A stretch of DNA of 59,245 nt, the filler included. It is 6 parts of 6 records of this genome, joined end to end, with 100 filler letters (N's around TTAATTAATTAA, not from the genome) between each part and the next. Parts side by side here need not be neighbours in the genome. Positions count along the whole stretch, not along the records: positions 54,112 to 59,245 come from DRR723986_776; 5 more parts are not named here. One strand, written 5' to 3'. Shown piece by piece: positions 56,891 through 59,245 of this stretch. Position 1 is the stretch's first letter. Every line of letters begins with the position of its first letter. The notes beneath the pieces are model-generated. The model saw only the letters and a program-made list of their open reading frames with translations. It was not told the DNA's origin and did not search any database. Position numbers and translations under genes: made by a program.

Positions 56891-58099
56891 ATGACCTTCA
56901 TCAGACGCACCGTTCTGGCCATGGGCGCGGCGGCCCTGCTGACGCCCGTGGCGGCCAGCGCGCAGGATTCGATCAAGATCGGCGAGATCAACCACTACAA
57001 GCGCATGGCCGCCTTCGCGGAACCCTACAAGCTGGGCATCGAACTGGCGCTCGAAGAGATCAACGCCGAGGGCGGCGTGATGGGCAAGCCGCTGGAATTC
57101 GTCTTCCGCGACGATCAGGGCGACCCGGCCGAGGCCATCAAGATCGCCGAGGAACTGATGTCCCGCGAGGGCACGGTGATGCTGACCGGCTCGATCCTCA
57201 GCCACGTCGGCCTCGCGCTGTCCTCCTTCGCCGCCGAGAAGGGCTATCTCTATCTGGCCGCAGAGCCTCTGGCCGACAGCCTCGTCTGGGCCTCGGGCAA
57301 TCCCAACACCTTCCGCCTGCGCGCCTCGACCTGGATCCAGGCGGCGATGCTGGCCGAAGAGGCCGCCAAGACCGACGCGGTGACCTACGCCACGATCGCG
57401 CCGAACTACGCCTACGGGCAGGACGCCGTGGCGGCCTTCAAGGAGAACCTCAAGCGGCTCAAACCCGAGGTCGAGTTCGTCGCCGAACAGTGGCCCGCGC
57501 TCTTCAACATCGACGCGGGCGCCGAGGCGCAGGCCATCGAGCGCGCCAAGCCCGACGCCATCTACAACGTCACCTTCGGCACCGACCTCGCAAAGTTCGT
57601 GCGTGAGGGCGGCGACCGCGGGCTCTTCGACGGGCGCAAGGTCTACGGCCTGCTGACCGGCGAACCCGAATACCTCGACCCGCTGGGCGACGAGGCGCCC
57701 GAGGGCTGGTTCGTCACCGGCTACCCCTGGTATGCCTTCGACGAGGGCACGCCCGAAAAGGCCTTCGTCGACGCCTATATGGACTCGACCGGCGAGACCC
57801 CCAAGATCGGCTCTCTGGTCGGTTACCTGACCGCCTATTCCATCGCCGCCGCCATCGAGAAGGCGGGCGCCACGGACACCGCCTCCCTGATCGCGGGCTT
57901 CGAGGGTCTGGAGATCCCCGACACCCCCATCGGCACGCTGGCCTACCGCGAGATCGACAACCAGTCGACGATGGGCGCCTATGTGGGCACCCTCGCGCTG
58001 GAAGACGGCAAGGGCGTGATGGTCGACTGGGAATACAAGAGCCCGGACGGCTACATGCCCTCGGACGAGGACATCAAGGCCATGCGCCCGGCGGAATGA
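56891..58099 (+). CDS. HAAT/branched-chain-type ABC substrate-binding protein
   Basis: Signal peptide, IKIGEIN.YK, EEINA.GGV.G, RDD.G.P, NYAYG and TGYPW. Confidence 0.92.
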   Translation: MTFIRRTVLAMGAAALLTPVAASAQDSIKIGEINHYKRMAAFAEPYKLGIELALEEINAEGGVMGKPLEFVFRDDQGDPAEAIKIAEELMSREGTVMLTGSILSHVGLALSSFAAEKGYLYLAAEPLADSLVWASGNPNTFRLRASTWIQAAMLAEEAAKTDAVTYATIAPNYAYGQDAVAAFKENLKRLKPEVEFVAEQWPALFNIDAGAEAQAIERAKPDAIYNVTFGTDLAKFVREGGDRGLFDGRKVYGLLTGEPEYLDPLGDEAPEGWFVTGYPWYAFDEGTPEKAFVDAYMDSTGETPKIGSLVGYLTAYSIAAAIEKAGATDTASLIAGFEGLEIPDTPIGTLAYREIDNQSTMGAYVGTLALEDGKGVMVDWEYKSPDGYMPSDEDIKAMRPAE

Positions 58100-58106
58100 C
58101 GCGGAG

Positions 58107-58168
58107 GGCCCGGCGCGCAGGCCTCGCGCGCCGGGCCACCCCCTGCGGGGCGCGCCCCGCCACAGGGG
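58107..58168. repeat. Two GC-rich palindromes after the substrate-binding gene
   Basis: GGCCCGGCGCGC-N7-GCGCGCCGGGCC (58107-58137) and GCGGGGCGCGCCCCGC (58145-58160). Confidence 0.75.
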
Positions 58169-58370
58169 CGCCCGCTGCCCTCTGCCCCGCCGGACCGGGC
58201 CACCACCGCCGCCCCCTGCGCACGCCGCTGCCCCCTGCCACCGCCTCACGGCCCCACCCGGCCCGCCACCCGCGCCGGATGCCTCCCCAAAGCCACCCCG
58301 CCCGCCGGATCGCCCCGCCGCCGCGCTTCGCGCCCCTGCCCACCCTGCCGCCCAAGGACCGACCCGACCC

Positions 58371-59245
58371 ATGGCCTTTCTCTTCGCCCAATTCCTGACC
58401 GGCCTCGCCAATGCCTCGTCGCTCTTCCTCGTGGCCTCGGGGCTGTCGCTGATCTTCGGCGTCACCCGGATCGTGAACTTCGCGCATGGCTCCTTCTACA
58501 TGCTGGGCGCCTTCATCGGCGTCACGCTCATGCAGATCCTCCCCGGTCATGTCGGCTTCTGGGGGTCGATCCTGCTGACCGGCCTCGTGGTCGGCGCCTT
58601 CGGCGCCCTCGTCGAGATCATCGTCCTCAGGCCGATCTACCGCGCGCCGGAACTGTTCCAGCTTGTCGCCACCTTCGGCGTGATCCTCGTCATTCAGGAC
58701 CTCGCGCTGATGATCTGGGGCGCCGAGGACCGGCTTGGGCCGCGCGCCCCCGGCCTGCGCGGCGTCTGGCGCATCTTCGGAGAGCCGGTTCCGAAATACG
58801 ACATCGTCATCATCGCCATCACGCCCTTCATCCTGTTCGCGCTGTGGTATCTCATCACCAAGACGCGGCTGGGCGTCCTCGTCCGCGCCGCCACGCAGGA
58901 CCGCGAGATGGTCGGCGCGCTGGGCGTCAATCAGGCATGGCTGTTCACCGGCGTCTTCGCCCTTGGCTGCGCGCTGGCGGGCTGGGGCGGCGCGCTGCAA
59001 CTGCCCAAGGGCGGCGCCGACCTGCTGATGGACTTCAACATCATCGGCGCGGTCTTCGTCGTCGTCGTGATCGGCGGCATGGGCAGCCTGCCGGGCGCCT
59101 TCATCGCCGCCGTGCTGATCTCGGTCCTCAACGTGCTGGGCGTCACCTACCTGCCGCAATCCACGCTGGTGCTGATGTTCGTCGTCATGGCCGTGGTGCT
59201 GATCATCCGCCCCTACGGCCTTCTGGGGCGCGAGGAAGTGGCGGG
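58371..59245 (+). CDS. HAAT ABC permease (LivH-like; runs off the window)
   Basis: Translated by hand: MAFLFAQFLTGLANASSLFLVASGLSLIFGVTRIVNFAHGSFYMLGA...TRLG...RAA..D...ALGV...VVIGGMGSLPGA. Confidence 0.92.
   Translation, partial: MAFLFAQFLTGLANASSLFLVASGLSLIFGVTRIVNFAHGSFYMLGAFIGVTLMQILPGHVGFWGSILLTGLVVGAFGALVEIIVLRPIYRAPELFQLVATFGVILVIQDLALMIWGAEDRLGPRAPGLRGVWRIFGEPVPKYDIVIIAITPFILFALWYLITKTRLGVLVRAATQDREMVGALGVNQAWLFTGVFALGCALAGWGGALQLPKGGADLLMDFNIIGAVFVVVVIGGMGSLPGAFIAAVLISVLNVLGVTYLPQSTLVLMFVVMAVVLIIRPYGLLGREEVA

Noticed and set aside
58096..58398. 100-aa Pro/Arg-rich ORF between the binding protein and the permease
   Set aside because: It is a translation of a palindromic, C-rich spacer and overlaps the true permease start out of frame.
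1..59245. CRISPR arrays, transposases, integrases, prophage genes, rRNA
   Set aside because: No repeat-spacer periodicity or recognisable motifs were seen.

Overview
This window is not one continuous locus. It holds six contigs (1-5813, 5914-19411, 19512-37896, 37997-47153, 47254-54011, 54112-59245) joined by artificial 100-nt N/TTAATTAATTAA linkers. All look alphaproteobacterial, most likely Rhodobacteraceae/Roseobacteraceae. Contigs 1, 4 and 5 carry core genes (typA, ssb, trmO, clpA, chaC, tyrA/C, hisC, an rpsD end, suhB, hom, glpX, recJ, tRNA-Glu) and are visibly more AT-rich at third codon positions. Contigs 2, 3 and 6 are GC-richer. Contig 2 has an aerobic cobalamin cluster with a B12 riboswitch, followed by a cysteate sulfo-lyase/racemase pair. 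Contig 3 is an 18-kb orphan acid-catabolism island with two tripartite tricarboxylate transporters and two recurring promoter motifs. Contig 6 is a nicotinate-type cluster fragment with an embedded Rieske oxygenase. Best leads: the Rieske enzyme as a possible N-methylpyridine demethylase; the contig-3 island with its readable LysR regulon; a non-flagellar MotA/MotB (ZorAB-like) pair; a PepSY-cytochrome b-membrane LuxR cassette with a candidate operator; and an in-frame palindrome insertion in cobL. No CRISPR array, transposase or integrase was seen.
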